32,000 nt of DNA from Xylella taiwanensis (GTDB lineage: Bacteria; Pseudomonadota; Gammaproteobacteria; Xanthomonadales; Xanthomonadaceae): positions 90,001 through 122,000 of the forward strand of contig NZ_CP053627.1 of assembly GCF_013177435.1 (NCBI RefSeq), in the 5' to 3' direction. How positions within the stretch are numbered: the stretch's first letter is position 1; each line of letters starts with the position of its first letter. This document shows positions 30,030 through 32,000 of this stretch, in pieces. Under the pieces are notes generated by a model. It did no database searches, was not told the origin of the DNA, and saw only the letters and a program-made list of their open reading frames with translations. The position numbers and the translations under genes were made by a program.

Positions 30030-32000
30030 ATCTTGGGGTTCAACACGATTGCGTATGGGGTTGTTGTGAGGCGAATACTCGGCTATCGCTTCCGAGTGTT
30101 TCTCGCAGCAGGTGAGTCATGTTCGAGCAGAAGTTTCCTTGTGGTGTTCCTTGCCTTATTTAACGCAAATCAGTCACTGCAGCATGAGCTCTTCTTATGC
30201 AGGCGATCAGACGCGATGCTAAGTGTTGGATAGCGGTGTTGACTTCAATATAGCGACTCTCCAACCATTAAAAGCGAGTCCGACCTTGAGTGATGTCAGT
30301 GGACGATACATCGGCCGTTAGTGAGGTATAGAACCTGTTACACCATCAAAAAGCATTTTTCGGTTCTTTGGTTGCTTCGATAAGCGTGACGTGATGTTCA
30401 CTGCTCCGCCATGTATGGACCATCGGGATGCCTAAGGTCATATTGTGACGTTCTAGATCATGCTTATCAGCTTTGCTTATTTACTTTGTGAAACAACAGT
30501 GTGTATTACTCAACGAGTGCATGATTGAATCATCCATGTGCACTCGCTACACCTTTTAAGCTAATCCATGGGTCAGGATTGAATTAGTGTGTATTACAAG
30601 TCATTCATTCGATCATCACGCAAACACTCTAATACACCGTTGCGTTAAAACAGTGGAATTTAAGCGATCAAAATGATTACAAGCAGTTGAGTCTGGCTCA
30701 TAACGCGGAAAATGCCGAGCTCGAAAGTCGGGTTGACTACTCAAATTGGTAACAAAAAGAGTGATGAGCACACCGACGAGATGGACAAATAAATGGTCAA
30801 ATCACTGCGACAGGATAAGGCAGGCAGGATCGTCATTCCTTCAATCCAACGTGACCAAGTACAGACTAACCATGACCGTATGTTGCACTAGGTTGAAATG
30901 CAGACAGTGTGTACACAACATTGCCCAGAGGCATTGGGTCTGAGGATCATTGTGTGGAGTGATGCTGTCTTGTGTGCCTATGTCGTCATCGTGGTGCTGT
31001 AACCACCGTGTATTGATCTGCTCACCAGGGGATGACTAGGGTCTATTCTGCTGGGATGTGTCCACATAAATGCTGCAGTGCATAGACGACCAACGCCATG
31101 AAGCAATCCAGCTTGAGCCTCAAGACAGTGACGCACTAGCACATACTCGCTAGTGGAATGGGATGGTAAGCATGCTGCCGCGATCAGATCTGACAGCATT
31201 GCTATCGCCGGTTTTATCCGGGGCCAAGTTTCCTTGAGGTTATCCTTTAGGCGATGCTGCTTATCCATTTCATGCAACAGTGGTCAACCACCGGGTCAGG
31301 ATTAAAAGTAGTACATAACATTGTGGGGCTATTTCCCCATGACGATGTTCTGGGAGGTGGGCATGCGTGCTTTAAAGACGCAGCATATTGCTGTATCACA
31401 TGCTGGCGCGCGACAGGCAGGCTCGGCACCTTCTGGAAACCGTGAATGTATTCCTGCCGAGCAGGGCGTGGCCACTCAAGAGTGGTACGGCAGTGGGTGC
31501 CGACGGTTGATCAGTGCATCTCGTCAGATCAGGGAAGCCAGTAGCCAATACGCTCCGGACATCGCCCCCCGATCCAGCAAAGTCAGCAATGCAGCTTAGG
31601 TATGCAAGTGCATGTCGGCTTAAACAGCGACTTCGGGTGATTCCATGCAGTACATGGCACCAGCAGCAACATGAACGACGTGCTTAAAGCCAACACACCG
31701 CCGTTGGGCATGAAGGAAACTCAAGCCTAGATCGATGCCTGACGCCACAGGTCCACCAAGCGATTCGATATTAGGGCGTTGCGATCCAGTCGGACAGACA
31801 CTGGCTCATTCCGCCAAAGTCCAGCGACTCGATGACCTGCTGCGTTACTTTGAGCGCATTAGGCTCGGATCACTGGCTAAGGTGCAGTCTTTAGTTTTGG
31901 GAGCTGAAGTGTCCATTCAGACACGTCTAAGGCGTATGACTGGTTTGTGGTGAAGTACACAATACGACTGCACACGCTGTGTGCGCTGCTTCAGCTGCGA

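Noticed and set aside
1-32000. Scan for tRNA, rRNA, CRISPR arrays, integrases, toxin-antitoxin pairs or defence-island gene sets
   Set aside because: I saw no T-arm or anticodon-arm-like sequences, no regularly spaced direct repeats, and no intact ORFs with recombinase, nuclease, ATPase or toxin signatures outside the housekeeping genes listed. This negative result comes from inspection only, not from a computed search.

Overview
The window looks like chromosome from a Xanthomonadaceae-type gammaproteobacterium, most like Xylella in gene content, order and roughly 50% GC. This taxon call is an inference from protein similarity and synteny recalled from memory. No search was run.

Twenty-one intact genes cover only about 68% of the 32 kb:
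- A minus-strand chaperone-usher fimbrial operon: major subunit, chaperone, usher, two-domain adhesin. A decayed tandem copy of the adhesin gene runs off the left edge.
- A minus-strand housekeeping run: pncC, kgtP, hflX-hfq-miaA-folP-ftsH-rlmE.
- yhbY and a DUF498/Mth938-like gene on the plus strand, then ilvD on the minus strand.
- An LPS core / lipid A cluster: small zinc-finger protein, GT4 glycosyltransferase, O-antigen-ligase-family protein, lpxL, waaA.
- An isolated secreted GH29 alpha-L-fucosidase.

The other third or so of the window is mostly five ORF-poor blocks: 6232-8817, 18057-18872, 20712-22103, 27265-28646 and 30030-32000. One of them can be read as a frameshifted IS5-family transposase relic. 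The others look like eroded DNA that I cannot assign by eye.

I found no tRNA, rRNA or CRISPR array, and no intact multi-gene cassette that looks like a new defence, toxin or secretion system.

The observations most worth a second look are:
- the roughly 90% identical silent adhesin copy;
- the very AT-rich, ORF-free region upstream of fimA, with tandem repeats and a palindrome;
- a 22-bp perfect GC palindrome 29 nt upstream of the ilvD start codon;
- the unassigned eroded blocks on both sides of the fucosidase gene.
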